Positions 1 to 15,141 of a DNA stretch of 64,000 nt are shown here, piece after piece; within the stretch, counting starts at the first letter, position 1; every line of letters begins with the position of its first letter. Source of the DNA: Trichinella spiralis (taxonomy: Eukaryota); assembly GCF_000181795.1 (NCBI RefSeq), contig NW_003526941.1, forward strand, positions 4,825,811-4,889,810. Direction: 5' to 3'. The translations under genes and the position numbers were made by a program. The notes under the pieces were generated by a model that saw only the letters and a list, made by a program, of their open reading frames with translations, did no database searches and was not told where the DNA came from.

Positions 1-585
1 TGGTCGTGAAGTTATAATTGTCGAACGTTATGAAAAATAGGTGCAAAATTGTTTACCCGAATTTTCATGCAAATTTTTATACGTGGCCTTGCCGTCTGTT
101 TTCTTTACAGCTACAGTTCATCACAAGCTTCAATTTCCTGATCATGCTTGTCAATAATAAAGTTAATCTAGAAATAGGAATGAGTAAAAAAATAGTAAGT
201 AATGAAAAGGAATTTTATAAAAATCTGAAAATTTCTTCTTCGTATTGAATTAACCATAAAACATAAATAGTATTATTCACATGCAGCAACCTTATTGATA
301 GGGCATTTTTCAGCTTTTGAAAAGTTACATCTGAATGTCGATTGTGAAATTGAAAATTATCGAAAATGAAAAAAAGACTAATATAGATTTTCCACTTACA
401 TATGTATGTATGTTCTTTTCAACTTTCCGCTGCTGAATCATCGCCATGTCCATACATCGAATGACTGAATGGCGGTGAAACTGAAAATTCTAAACAGTAT
501 AGTAAGTGAATTAGACGAATAGCATATTGCTTTACCTTCGGTTGAAGTATCGAATTTTCAATTCTGAGCAGCGCATAAATTTCTT

Positions 586-611
586 TATATATATATATAT
601 ATATATATATA
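586..611. repeat. (TA)13 microsatellite
   Basis: Read directly from the sequence. Confidence 0.95.
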
Positions 612-3600
612 CCATTGCTTATTGCAATGTACGTTTCTATTCACATTTTTTATAACATCGTGCAAAATATTATTAATAAAAAGGTTTATTTCAGTCAATC
701 AAATAACAAAATTTCAACATTGCTTAAATTGTTCAAGTAAAAATTGAAATTATTTGAGCATTACAAACAGCTTGATGAAGAGAGTCTTACAATTTCATGA
801 AGTGCATAAGTTTCAATAATAAATTTCAACGTACATAAACAGAGAAATAACTTGCTGATTGAGTAGTGTATGATCAAACCGCTGTCACCATTTGTAGGCT
901 TTCCAATATTTTTCTAAAATACTTTTCAGCCAAAAATAAGGACACTCTTGTGGAATTACTTATTCAACTGGACGTGAGAGAATTTTAGAATGTAAATTTC
1001 TGCAACAGTTGCACTTTTATAATGCAGTCCTTATTTGAAAAAAAAGAAATGCTAAAAATTTCACGAAGAAAAAATAATTGTGGTTTTCAAATCAGTAAAC
1101 TGAAATAATCAATCTTTTGAAACTTAAGCCGTAGTTTATCTACTTATAATTGTTGAATAATCAGACTGAATTTTTTGTGCACAATAATCCAGATGGCAAA
1201 CTTTTCACAAAGTCAACGGATATATATTACTGGCGACCAAATGCAAACTTACTTGGAAAATTCTTAAAGCCGACTGGTCAAAGTGAAATAGAATACAAAG
1301 CAGTATCTTTATTGGAAGCAGTTGGCAAGTTGATTATGTTCGCTTTCCACAAGTATTCCACAATTACGGGCCTGCAATATATGAACCGGTCGATTAACGT
1401 TTCAGCTGCTTCCGTTTCGCCGACGTAGATTATCTTAGACAATTGCAGCGATCCTGCGGACCATTAGCCCCATCTGCACCAACAACGAACACATCTTTTA
1501 GAAAATCATCAACCAGCAACGAAGCAAAAATCATTTTCAGCATAAATTATTCTTCATCCATTGCTCTTGTTGTACTCCAATTTATTACGAAAGGCCTGCT
1601 AGCAGAATGATAGATACAAAAGACAATCAAAAACTGCCTTATCAACATCACCGGTAAGAATTTGTAACATATGTTTTTGGCAAAAAAAACTAAATCACTT
1701 ATAGAAAATTTAAAAAAATGAGAATATTCAAAAACAAAGAATTCAACGTAATTAATAGGTGTGAATTGAAAGTGAAGCTGCTTAGTTGTTTGTTATTAAT
1801 AGCCGAAACTATATCAGTCAATTTAGTGACGTTATTAAGTTGGATTAAAATAATTAAAATTACACTATTATCACAGTGAAATATCATGCGAAAGATCAAT
1901 GCAGAGATGATGATAAAAGTAAACACAGCAGATATGCCACTGAAGATTAGTTAGTCACTTGGACTACTTACTTCAACATTCATCAGCAGTAGAATTTCCT
2001 TTGAATATCACCTTATTAGCTGAGCATCAGTTGGTTGATTGTTCCATTTTTGTTCTTTTCTTTTACAAATTATTATAGACAGAAATTTATCCATTCTAGT
2101 GCAAGGAAGTTAACTTTTCCAACCATATTTTCCTAAGAAACAAAAATTTTTTGCTTTTCAAAAAAAAATAATTTCTTAATTTTTCAAAATTACGAATCAA
2201 TCTGTGTTTTACATTTTTACAAACACGTGCAGATAGATAAACAGAAATGAATTGATAAACTGAATAAAATTCTTCCCATAGGCTTCCCCAACAATCAACA
2301 TGACTAAAAGGTACAATTGGATGTAAATTAAAATTAAATACTCCAACCAAATTCACCACTTCTTGGGAAAAAAATGGTCATCTAAACGTGAAACAGTTAT
2401 TGGATGTGTATATATTTATTCTTAAATTTGCAACTGTTCTTTTCTTTACGTTGAATGTTTGCTTACAGATAATAGTCGTGATTGAAGTTATAACTGAAAA
2501 ATAATTCCCCTTCTTACTCTCATGAATACGAGTGAAAATAATAAAAAGTAAAACTGATTTATGAAAAAAAAATTACAGTTACTGTTGCTGCGTTTCAAAC
2601 AAACTAACTAATCCACAATAAATTTTCAATATTAATAATAAATAATAAAAATAATATTTGAAAATTCAAAAAACGAATAAAAGCGATGCATACTTACTTT
2701 TCCCCAATCAGTTTCTAGCTCTTCGTTAATAAGAAAAAAAAGCACAATCCAATTTATGAAATATTGACTGGAATAATCGCAAACGAAGCGAAAGCATTTG
2801 TAAATTTGAATAAAGCAATCAATCTCTGCTACAAATGGTCATGTTGCAAAAGAAAAAAGAAATACATAATATTCATTAAATTGTGCTGTGTGCAGCATTA
2901 AATGTACATTAAAAGTGCTGACGATTTTTTTAAATACAATTTACTTTCATCAATAAAGTTCATTTTCTGCATTGTTCAGAAAAAATATCCAAATATCCAA
3001 ATGTTCTTAGGTTGTGGCATTAAAATTTATTTATTCAATAAAAAAAAATAAATATTTTAAGTTATTTTTAAAAGTTAAAATTTTTCTTCTTGCCCAAGCA
3101 GAGAAATGGAGATGATGGGGAAAATTGTTGTTGTTCAATAATTACAAGAATTGAGAAAATGAAATCAACTGATGATTGCAAAATAATTTAGAGATCACCA
3201 AATCAGCCTAAATAATAATAATAATAATAATAACAGTAACGTAATAATATCAATAAAGTAGCGTGGAAGAATTATATCATATGCTAGCATCTGAATAGCT
3301 GATGACCCTGTGCTTAAGCCATTGTCAATTATTGCATTGTTATTGATTTTTCAAAACAAACATTGAATGAAAATCACATTGCATCATCACTGTGATAATG
3401 CTAATCTGTTTTCCTTCAACATGGGACAAATCGAAACGTTTCACCCATCTAATGACTACCGGCAAGTAGGAAATAAAATAAATAAATGAACCAACATTCC
3501 AACATTCATTTAAAACGATTTGAAAATAAAGAAAAAAACACTACTTCAATTAATAGCAAAATAAGGATTGATTGTTTTCCTCATGCAGAACAATAACATT

Positions 3601-5277
3601 TGATAAATATATAAATACCATCAGTTCAATCAAATTGTGATCATATATTTATTACTTTGAAATTTATAGATTAAAATATTTCAAGTTGTACTGTTAATTT
3701 ACATAATTTACATGGCTTGAAAATAGCACATTGACAAGCTAAAACATTATATTAATCACTAAGATATTCAAAAATGATATCGTTATATTCAGCTGGAAAA
3801 TAATTAATATACTGTGTTGAACGTTGAAAAAATCTATGAATAATAGTAGCCGATACAATCTGTACAACTTATATATAGATAAAATCCGCACAGAATCTGT
3901 CAACTGAAAGCAACAGATGCTGAAAGTTAATTTGTGACAACAGTTTTTGAATGCATGCTCTTTTGCATATTTACAATAATGCAACTTTCCATTTATATCT
4001 CATGTGCAATTTTCCGTCTACATTTCTAAAGATGAGATCAATAAATATCTATTTAATAATTCTTGATTTAATGCAGCATGCATGCAAACTTTCGCACGCA
4101 TTCACCTGAGTCCAGTGAATAAAACTTTGCGTAAAAAATATCTTATCAAGCCAACTTGTCAATCTACGCATTTGCGCTTGTTAATTATTCAAATAATTTT
4201 CACTTAAAAAAGGGCCATTTCTTCAAAATGATAGTTGAAAATGATCTTTTTTTTACTTTTTAAAATTGCAGTAAACTTATCATTTTTATAACTGAAGTGT
4301 ATTTTATCAATCAAATCAAATCAAATCAAATCAATTGATCCGCTTGTATTATTATTATTATCATTAATGCGCAAATCAATTATTTCATTAAAAATGAAAC
4401 ATCTGTTCTGCTTCAATAAATAACAATGAAAAATATCATAAAATTAGAAAATATTAATCTATGAATGAACAATAATGCATTGTAATAATAAATGGATAAG
4501 GAACAACTGGATAAGAATTAAAAAAAAATAAAATCAAAGTTAAAATCATGTAAAAAACTTTATGTAGTATAACAGACATATTGTACTGTCTGTTCAGTTA
4601 TTCTTATTATATTTTTTTTTGTTTTAATGGATCATAATATTTTATCATATCGTAAAAAAATCGGTAAATTTCTTCTTGAGTCAGAAAATAACAATTCTTC
4701 AAAAGAATTCTGAAGGTGATGGGAATTTTACATAGCTAAAACTGCCTTTGCACTTTGCTAAGTAAATGCATGCACTCACTCACTGCCCACGTTTATAATA
4801 ACTGTACACAGAACACAAGGTATGCTTAAAAGCGTAAAATGATGATGATGATATAATATTATTTAGCTGCTTGTTTATCGTTCTAATAGAACCTCTTCTT
4901 GCTTGATGGAAAAGTATATATGTGTTTCGTTGCTTCTCGTTCGTAATCACTTGACTGCAACTGGCAAACCATTGATCAACATTTATATCATAAACTTTAT
5001 TTGTTAAAAGCATCATTTAATCCTGCATCAACTGTATTGTTGCAGTACTACAATAGTGGATCGATGCCCATGATAGGAGTAGGCAATAATGAATAAATGG
5101 TACCTTATTTTGACAAGAAGCAACAACGGAAAATGGCCTCTCCATGATTACAGACAGCGAATGAACAATAAGAGTTGCTGAAATGACACTCACTAACCCA
5201 ATAACCACCACCAGAATGAATGAAAAGTACAGCCGATTGATTTCCAATGCAACATTCGCGAACTAACTAATACATCC

Positions 5278-5331
5278 CCATCCATCCATCCATCCATCCA
5301 TACATACATACACACATATATACATACATAC
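5278..5331. repeat. Compound (CCAT)n/(TACA)n microsatellite
   Basis: Read directly from the sequence. Confidence 0.85.
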
Positions 5332-8300
5332 GTGTTCAGTTAAAGTTCAAAAAATGATATAATTCGGATCACATTTTTACAAATAGTTAAATTGCGTACA
5401 ATTTATTTTCCAAACCTCACTCATACGATGAAACAAATATTGCAAAGGAAAAAAACGCCTGCCCACGTCTATAGATCAGTTGTGTTACTTTTTCCGCTGT
5501 ATTTAGGCATTAAAATTACCGCTTTTCCCTCTTGTAGGTTAAGTGAAATCAACAAAATAATAATAACAATGATGGGACATTGAAAGAAAAAATCAAAAAT
5601 AGAAGCAATTTAAGGCGATTAATGGTTGGTAATATCATTCAAGTGGTTGAATCGATATGTCAAATTTGAAAAATTCACAGTTTTCTTTTGCCGACGCAAT
5701 AACGTTTTATAAGCATATAATGAGCATTTTTCTTATCTTGAAGATTAAATCAGACTCAGATCGATACTAAAACTGAAAGATTTATATTATAGCCGCACAA
5801 ATTACATGCCTCAAGGGTAGTTCAAAGAAACCGCATCCAACTTGACCCATAACGATGGAATGCATTGCTGACAAAAGCTGATTTCTGATAAGCTAAGCTA
5901 ATAAAAATCACCAATCGCCATCCATGGTCGTCATAAGAAAATGATCAAACTTCGTCATTGTATAATAAATCAAAATAAAGTAAATGCACAGCAGCTGAAT
6001 AAGCTTTTAAGAACTGCTATCATAAGACAGTTAGTTGACTGAAGGTATTATTTGTGCAATTCATTCTCAAAACCATTCCCCGTCGCTGATAAATAATTCA
6101 TTGTCAAACAGTTCACAGAAAATTCAGTAAAACAAAATCACTCGAGCATGCTAAAAATCAAAAATCAGTTTATTTAAATGAATTATTATGCAAAGTTTTT
6201 GTCACGTTTTATGTTGGTTTAAGTTTTCATATCATTCCATTCGAATGTGAATAAATAATTATCTCCCATCTGTATTTAAAAGAAAGATTAAAGATATTAT
6301 TTAAAAGAAAGATTGAAAAAAAATCTATCACTCGGGATATTTATAAAATAGACAAAATTAATGAAACTGTTTTGTTCATTTCAGTTAATAAATTTCAGAG
6401 CAAAAAATAAAAACGATCTATTAGAACAACAAAACAACTACATTGAATGCATTGGAAAACACCACCAATTGTATAGGAAATGTCTATGAGAAAATTGCTT
6501 CTGCAAAGAAAAACACTTCAAATAAGCGTACAGCTAAATATAATAATCTACTACCGATATAGAATTGTCTGTAGAATTCTTATTCACACGCAGATTCATT
6601 CCCTGAATATTTATTAATTAGCACTGCTCTCATAATCATGTGATAGTTTAGCAGCGTTATAAGTCTTTATCAGTAAAACAGAATATAGATTGGTTTTGTT
6701 TTTATTAATTTGCATTAATATTTACAAAAAAGATCATTCTTGATGATTATCACACTTCCATATGTGCAACAGATATGCAAATGTATACTGATATGCTAAA
6801 TTTGATCAATTTATACTAATAATAATATACTTGTTTGGAAGACTATAAAAATATTGCAATTTGAAGTTAAACGTGTCAGAGAAATATTGAAATAAATAGC
6901 ATTTACTTTTGTCATCAGTTTCATCACTTCGTCGTTAATTATTTTCGTAGTCTAGCAGTGCTAGATCCCAACAGTAACAATTGCAATGTTCTGCCATCAT
7001 ATACCAACAATTTTACAAGTCATCATCATTGATAAAAACTGCATACTTGGCAGATATCTATTTATGTATCGTCAAAGTTTTTTTGCATTCAATTTTAATT
7101 AAACTTAATAAAACGCGAAATAATAAATGCAAATCGTATGCAATAGGCAACAGAAGAACAAAAATGATGCGGGAAGTTGTAATCCGCTTAGTTACACCAC
7201 TGCACAAACGGAGCAGTACTGCTGTACACTCTTAATTAGAGCAATATATTAGTGTTCGTGAAGCACTGTTTTGTCCAGTATCCAGTGATTAACTGGCCTA
7301 GCCAACCGAATGCTAAATTATAGAAAATATCGCATCGTTTAAATTTATAATTGAATTTGTTAGACTGCTTTCATTGTATAATTCAATGGAGTAATTTTCG
7401 AAGAAAATTATGCGCATAAAACCAAAAAAAACGCCAACAACAACAACAATATTCCAATGGAGAAAAAAGAAAGAAAGAAAGAGGCAAAGTTATTTTAAGC
7501 AAAGTATTATATTAAATTGGAGTTGGAAATTTTTGACAAAACAAATAAATGCGCTCCACCCATTTCATGCTATGCGGTCAATGTTATCTTGACAGGTGAC
7601 GGAGAATTGTGCAATCGATAATAAGTTTCACGCATATCGCTATAGTTAACTGAACCGATGACAGATTCGTTTCTTCTGGACATTTGTGATTCGAAGGGAA
7701 AATGACAATGTTGAACTTCAGCAAGCGGCACAACTGCAACTGCACCTTTTGTTTTAGCTCGGTTGGTCATTGATTTTTCAAAAATCCACTCAACATTTCA
7801 CCTCACCACCCCAACGAACAACCCCACTAATCTTCACACAACACACACTACAGAACACCCATTGCAAACAGCAAAAAGTAATCACACACACATTACCAAG
7901 CCGAATGATAGTAATAATTGATATAATCGTGTGCGTCTAAGCCCATACCACTTGCTAAAGACCCTGAATAATGCATCTGCTTATTCTTATAAATTAATTG
8001 ATGTCAGCAGCGGCAGCACAAATTAAGCTTACTAAACTCATCCTTGCTTCGAATCGTCCATTCAACCTTCTTTGCAAAATTTCACAACAACAATGTACCT
8101 ATACTATTATACAGCAGCAGCATAATAATATAATTTTCTGTTTTTCTGAAACAAATTTGCCACATTTGAAAATTTCCCCTTCTATGCAAATTGTTGTTGG
8201 AACAATTTAATTCTGGACAAATTGAAGTCAGCTGGGTAAGTAGGTAGTAGAAAAAAATTTTTTTTTTTCATTTTTCCAATTCGATTCGAATGAGAAAAAA

Positions 8301-11300
8301 AATATATATATATATTGTCTGGCAAATTAAAAATTTTCGACAACCACGATTCCATGTGTTCAATATGATATTTTTCCTGAAAACTTCAAACAGCCGCTAT
8401 ATGAGGGATGTCATGAAAATGGCGAAATTGCAATCAAAAATTGAAACATAATGAAAAACTCGCAGAAAATGAAAAAATTTTTTCACCAACCACACAACCA
8501 TCACAATTTCAAACACAACTCGCGTTGTTGTTGTGCGCATTAAAATCCACAGCGGTTGATTTTCTTTTTTCCACTCGTATAAAAGTGAAAATTGATCCAA
8601 ATTCTGAAAGCTCTCTCTCTCTCTCTCGGTCTCTCTTTTTCACTTAATACCTGACGCGAATTATTTATTGCCTTCAAACGGTTTTCAGGTAAAAGAAAAA
8701 AAGAGAGAAAAAAAACCAATAATAACTCTAAATTACTGATACGGTGAATATATATATTCACTTTCTTTCTCAATCTCGTCAACTATACTTACTTTTCAGT
8801 TTTCTCTTTCACACCTAATTTAATTTTATTACTTCAACCATTATTAAGCAATTATCAATTTTGTGATAATGCAATCAATTTCGCCTAGGCAATACAAATG
8901 GCGTAATATTTCATTATTTCATACTCGTATAAACATTTCCTTGTCAAAATGAAGCAAATTGGAAAATCGAACAACAAGAACACTATCAAGATCTGTTTGA
9001 AAAACAGTTGAAATTTGTCATTGCTAGCTGAATCGGTCGTCTCCTCCACGTGGAAAGATTAAATTTTAAAAATAACCCTCTCAAATCTTTCATTTATTTG
9101 ATTTTTAGCATCCCCTTCTAGAGTCAATAAATCAAAATTACACACACTACGTGTGATATATTACAGACCAGATTTTTGTTATGCACGCGAGCTCGCGCAC
9201 ACGCATACCCAGACAGAGTTACTGTGAGCTGTGGTTTAGATGTTTTTTACTATATTATCATTAATGTCTGCGAGATAAATAAATAAAAATGCTAAGCTTC
9301 TAATTGAAATATTCATCATCCAATACATCAAGCGACATACAGTCAGAAGGCAAGTTGAGAAGAGGGATGAAAATGTAACAGACAACAGTTGATATCCTGA
9401 TACCGCAATGACAGGGCAAGGCAGAAGGCACAAGCTGAAACAAGGCGTGCAAAGGAAAAGTATTAAGTCATGCAAGCAAACGCAAGCAGGATGGAAAACG
9501 AATTCTTCCTCCTCAGCAATGGTAGAAAATAAGTAGCTCGAACATGTCTGTCGGCCTGTCGAAGTATATTGTGAATATTCCTTTTTACTTGAAGGACTTC
9601 TTTTTACGTTTGTTAACAACGACAATTTCGTCGACACTCGCTGGCTGACAAGCAATTTTGCTTTTTGCAAATCAATCAGCACCGCTTTCTGATTGAATTC
9701 TGCCATTTATTGGCACGATCTTTGTTATAACACAAAGCTGTTCTCTTCTTATAGGCTTGTAAAGCAAAAGCTCAACATCCTCCTCTGCTGCTTTGTTTCT
9801 ACTATCTGCCAGTGCTGCCAAGGATGACAATCATGCATTGCCAGAACAACATTACCACCACCGACTGATCAATTCACCAACATTGCTTTCAATACACCTC
9901 GTCTTATTACCTCTTCACTTTAAACTTATTGGTAAAGGTAATTTTTCTTTTTATTTTATTTATTTTTTACTTCTACCTCTCTCTAAATGATGATGATGAT
10001 GATGATGTTCAATATATTTCGTTCTATTTCAAAATTCTTCTCTAATCCACGCATGCCATAAGCAGAACCTCTAATTTCCCATGTGTTTCTTGTCAATAAA
10101 TGTATATCTTCCATTTCTATATTCAATATTGAATGTATTTATTCATCATAATGTTGAATGAAAATGCTGAATTGATGATGGAAACAACAATGTACACGTG
10201 TACAAGTAGAAAACAATAATTACACTAGTCGAGTAGAGTATTTATTCATTTTCATGTGTTCCAGTTGAACAGTATGAAATTTTAAAATTAATGTTCAATT
10301 TTTACACACAAAATCTCTCATATGATATACTCAGACAAGGTGTAAAAAGAAAGTTGCCCAACAACGGTTTAGACTAGCGAATGCTTTCAGAAATTCTGCA
10401 CACTAAACAACTCTGCTGCTGCTGCACCATTTGCAAACAAACGTACGTTAGTCAATATTTTCCCACTTTCTGTTTCAATATTGCCTATTTATTCATTGTA
10501 TTGTGATACATGAAATGGATTTTTCATTTTATTATTTTTTTAACCATTCCATTGTTGCTATTATTATTCATTTCATTTCATGTTTTTCATTGGGCCGCAA
10601 CAAGTGAACAATAAAAATAAATATATAGTAACATGTATAAGATGATAGATGGATAGTAGTAATTAAAATTTTGGTTAGACAAAAAACTGATTTTCCTATT
10701 TTGAACAACAACGATAATGGATTTTCAAATGGTCAATTTTCATAGGAAAAATGAAATTCTCGCAACAGATTATACCATACGTACAGCAGCAGCAGCATAT
10801 TGTGATAATGTTTGAAAAGAATACCGTTAAATGCTGAACATCACGTTACATCAAAGATTAAAACCTGGGGGCGGAATTGCATTTTAAATGTTTACTTTGT
10901 AGCGTAAAATGAATATTATTCAAATGCTATCATTCTGTTTATCAAACTTATCTCTTCAAATTTCAAATAGTACTGCTATTATTATTATATATATATATTA
11001 TAATAAACCATTTTACTTGAGAGAAACATGTCCGTTTTTCAAGGTATTTTTCAAAAGCAGGTAGATGTTTAATTGGAAAATTAATAAATGAATAACATAA
11101 TTTGATTAGTTTGCGGAAGTGAATTTATCGTTCGACAAATTTCAATCCACAATTCTGATACACAACTGTGAATTATTATTATTTTTTATCCAATGTAAAA
11201 GTTGTTTGTATTAGAACAGAAATCAGATAATAAAAATAACATACTATTTGATATGTATCCGATTAAGTAGGCGAGAGGGAGGTTAAAATAAAATCAATTT

Positions 11301-13800
11301 TCGTAAAAATTTTCGAACTCTACCACTGTTTACAACTAACTAACTAACTCACCAAAAGTCATCTACTACTACAAGGTGTCGTATTTGCATATGATAACAT
11401 TGTTCTTCAACTAAAAATCAGTCATTAATAACTTTGACCAATGTTACTAAATGGACATGAGAAGATTAAGTTACAGAAAAATGTTTTTTTAATTAAACAA
11501 AATAGTATCAATATTTTCGCTCAGCTATGTAATTTATATTCAACGTATAATAGAATTCAGAAAGGAGAAGTGTAAAATTTGAGCAAAAAAAAACATAACC
11601 AGAAGAAAAACAAGTAAAAATGAAAAAATTAGCTTTTATCAAATGGATCGATGAGTTTTTTTATTCAACTTCTGCGATGAAATAAACAGCAAAAAGAAGT
11701 CGCATTCGTCTACTACCTACAAGCATGATTATTCTATTAGAGAAACGTGTGTCCACTGCGCGCTAGCGTCAAACCGCCACGTAGCAGCAGCAGCACAGAG
11801 AGACAACATCATCATCATTATCATCAGGTGATTTTTTAATCGACGTGGTCGTCAACAGTGCATGGCCAGCCGTTTGCTTGCTCGTCGCTATATAGCTTAG
11901 TTATAAATATTTTTTGTTGAAATTTTGAAAAACATTTTTCATTTTTCATCATCTGACTTGCAACAACAACAATCAATTTCTCTCAGAACAAAGAAGGAAG
12001 GTATGCGTGCAATTTTGTGTTCCATTTTCATTACTGTCAACGAGAAGTAGAAGAGAATCATCCAAAATTAATTAATTAGCTGATAAAATTGTCCAATTCA
12101 ATATTCATCTTATTATTATTATTATTTTAGATAATAATTTTATGATGCTTAATGTTTTGGATGTTTCGTATATTTGATTTACAATTTTCAAAGGGATCAG
12201 TTGTTGTAGTTGAACAGCAAAGAGTAATAATGATGCTATTGTTTCTATTGTTGAAAAAGAACACTGCTTCTTCTGTTGTACTAACAATTTTATATGCAAT
12301 TAAATTGAAAATCAGACAATGTAAAAAAGAAAATTTTTACGTCGTCCACTCTAGCCATGCCTTGGGGAAATGCATCGCATCTGGCATTTCATTAATTTAC
12401 GCTTGTTCCATGCATTCAAGTGAAAAATAGTTCTTCTTTAATAAACTTTTCTCAACCAGCATCTATCAGCAAGTGGAAAAATATCTCATTTGTCATTTAT
12501 TAACATCAAAACATGAAATATGTTTTTTTTCTTTTTTCATAACGAAACCTCAACCAAGAAATGTTCAAAAATTGCTTTTCAAAAGAAAATCATTTCATTC
12601 ATTCATCATGTTTTGCCTTTTTTTTCTTTGAGAATTCTCAAGAATCGTTCCAATTTAAATTCTAACAATTGTCCAGAGTAAAAATAATCCACATCATCAT
12701 ATATATATATAGATAGTTCTGCTCTCCGTGTATCGATAATAAATAAATAAATAAATATTGTGCAAGTGAAAATTTCAAGATTGCATGCAATGAAACCAAT
12801 TTCTCCAACTTTTTACCCAAATTGATTTCAGACAACAAACGAATAGAATTCCTTTTTTTTCCCTTTGCCCAATACTGCTTGCTATACAATTAGACAAGCA
12901 GACGACAGACAGTTCAATTTCACATCTAAGAAAGTGACTCTGCTGTAAGCATTTGTGGTATGTCGTTTCAAGAACAAAGAATATTAGAAAATAAGAGTAC
13001 TGATTTTTTTTGTTTTTTTTGTATATACTGATTCAATGAAGCCGCATCAACATGGACTAGTTGATCAATAATTCATAAAATTGAACGTTAAATGGATGGA
13101 TATGAAAATTATGACGGTGAGGGGGGAGGGGGAAGGGGTTTCCAACTTTTCTTCAGCATACATACACAACAAGCATAATATTTTCGCGGCCATTTCCAAC
13201 AATTTCAACGCACCAAGTGTTACTGCTATTGATCGTAATAAAAAATAAAATAAAATAAAAGTAGAGTTCGCGTGGAATTTGTTGTTCGAAATTAGCAGCA
13301 TGAATGAGCAAAAAATTTCCTGTTCAAATTTTATCCTCATCCAAATTAACACCAACGCAACGCGAACGTAACAAACCGACATTGGATTAGCTTACGAGCA
13401 TACACACCGAGACAGACAGACAGACAGAGGCTGCAAAGTAAATGCGGAGAAAATTTGCAATTAAAAATATCCAAGCACGACGTGCAAATTTTCATTCGAT
13501 GATCACGACTGAAAACCAACTGATCGAACAGACAATTTTTCTTCTTCTTCTTCCTCCTTTTTCTCCTCCTATGTTTTCTCATTGTCACCATTATTACAAT
13601 TTATTAATTAAATGTTAGTGGGAAAAAAATGGAATAAAATTCATCTTCTCTCACTTTCCCTCCTTCTCATTTCTCAATTTTGCCATTTTTTTTTCTTCCA
13701 CAAAAAAATTCCAATTTGCAAAATCACGCAACATTATATAACAGGTGAAGCGTGTAATAAAAATCGAAACTAACCGATTGGATGTTTATTTAATAACAGG

Positions 13801-13870
13801 GAAAAAGGACGGGAGGGGGGGGGAGGGAAAGGAGGGGGAGGAGGAGGAGAAGGAGGGAATGGAAGGGAAC
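13801..13870 (+). repeat. Polypurine, G-run-rich tract (potential G-quadruplex)
   Basis: gggagggggggggagggaaaggagggggaggaggaggagaaggagggaatggaaggg contains six runs of 3 or more G. Confidence 0.8.
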
Positions 13871-15048
13871 GCGCAGACGCCAATATTATTTGCGTCGATG
13901 ATGGAAAAGTGACGACGAGCAAAAGAAGAAGAAGAAGAAGAAAAAGAAGAAAGAAATAAGCTCGACGCGAACATTTGCAAAGAGCTATTATAAATTCGTG
14001 AACGTGAAGTGTGTAAAGAGAGAGAAAGAGTAACCCAAGTGCGCCAAGCATATATATATATGCAAAGCATGTTTCTTCAAAACGGTGATCGGTTTACATC
14101 AATTTTCGCTCAGTTAATTTGAGCACGAATTGGAAATGTAAAATTCCACATTTTGAGAAAAACCTGGCGCCTGCATTTCTTTTTCTCCATCCACTGCATC
14201 CATTTTTCAAAACGACACACGCATACAGCAAAAGAACCATTGCCATGATTGACTGACTGACTGACTGACTGACTTTTTTTGTTATCTTTCAAAGTGAGTT
14301 GAATTCCATAATTTTGGAAAGTAGAAAAGAAAATCAACGAAACAACAAAAAAAATCCCCCACAACTTTACTCCTCTTCCTTTACTACCTTTACTGCTAAT
14401 ATTATTACTACTACTACTACTAGTGCTGCTGCTTTTACTAGTACTGCCACTGCTGATGATACTACTACTACTACTGCTATTACTATTCCATTACCTCTTG
14501 GGATGCTTGTAATACAGCGCAACTTTCCATTTTTACAGTCTCATTACTGTATTTATTTATTGTTTTCCAGTTAAAACTAGTCAACAACAATATAATTATA
14601 TATATTCGTATAAATTTTGTACTTGTGACACATCCACCCCAGCTCATCCCCCCCCCACTCTTCCACACATACGCACACACACATATAGATAGATAAGAAA
14701 ATACGTTCCTATGTTCTTTTTCATCAAATGACATTTGTTTTCACTTTTCATTGATTATATAATAATACATCACACTATGCTCTTCTGCTATTCTTTCGTG
14801 TCAAAATAGAGTTGAAACTACTCGAATGCTGTGCTCAACACACTGATTACATCTACATGGATTTAACATTTAACGATAAGCAATTGTGTGTATTTTCACT
14901 TTTACTCTTTTTTTCTTGAAATATTTTCACTGACTAAATCAAACTGATCGAAATTATTTTTTCCGCACCAAATGAAAATCAAGCCAAAGTTGAAATAGCT
15001 GTTACAGAAATTTTGTGAAAATTATTTATGTTCATCTTTTTTTTTCAG

Positions 15049-15141
15049 GCTCTGCTTTTCATTCGAACAATTGAATCGCAAAGAATTGAAAATACACCAC
15101 CAACAACAGTTCTGGACTGCGCATTCGCAACTTTGCTAAGA
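15049..15141 (+). other. Candidate non-coding (5' UTR) exon of the GPCR gene
   Basis: 93-nt segment with a strong acceptor (ttttttttcag) and a consensus donor (ga|gtaagt), on the same strand as the GPCR and upstream of its tttcag acceptor at 23082. Linkage to the GPCR is inferred. Confidence 0.45.

Noticed and set aside
1150..1660. Moderately GC-rich stretch with a 92-aa ORF, possible transposon remnant
   Set aside because: No transposase or RT motif, terminal repeats or target-site duplication recognised. All frames are interrupted.
13770..14574. Pro-rich, Ser-rich and Thr-rich ORFs
   Set aside because: Translations of G-tracts and (GAA)n/(ACT)n simple repeats.
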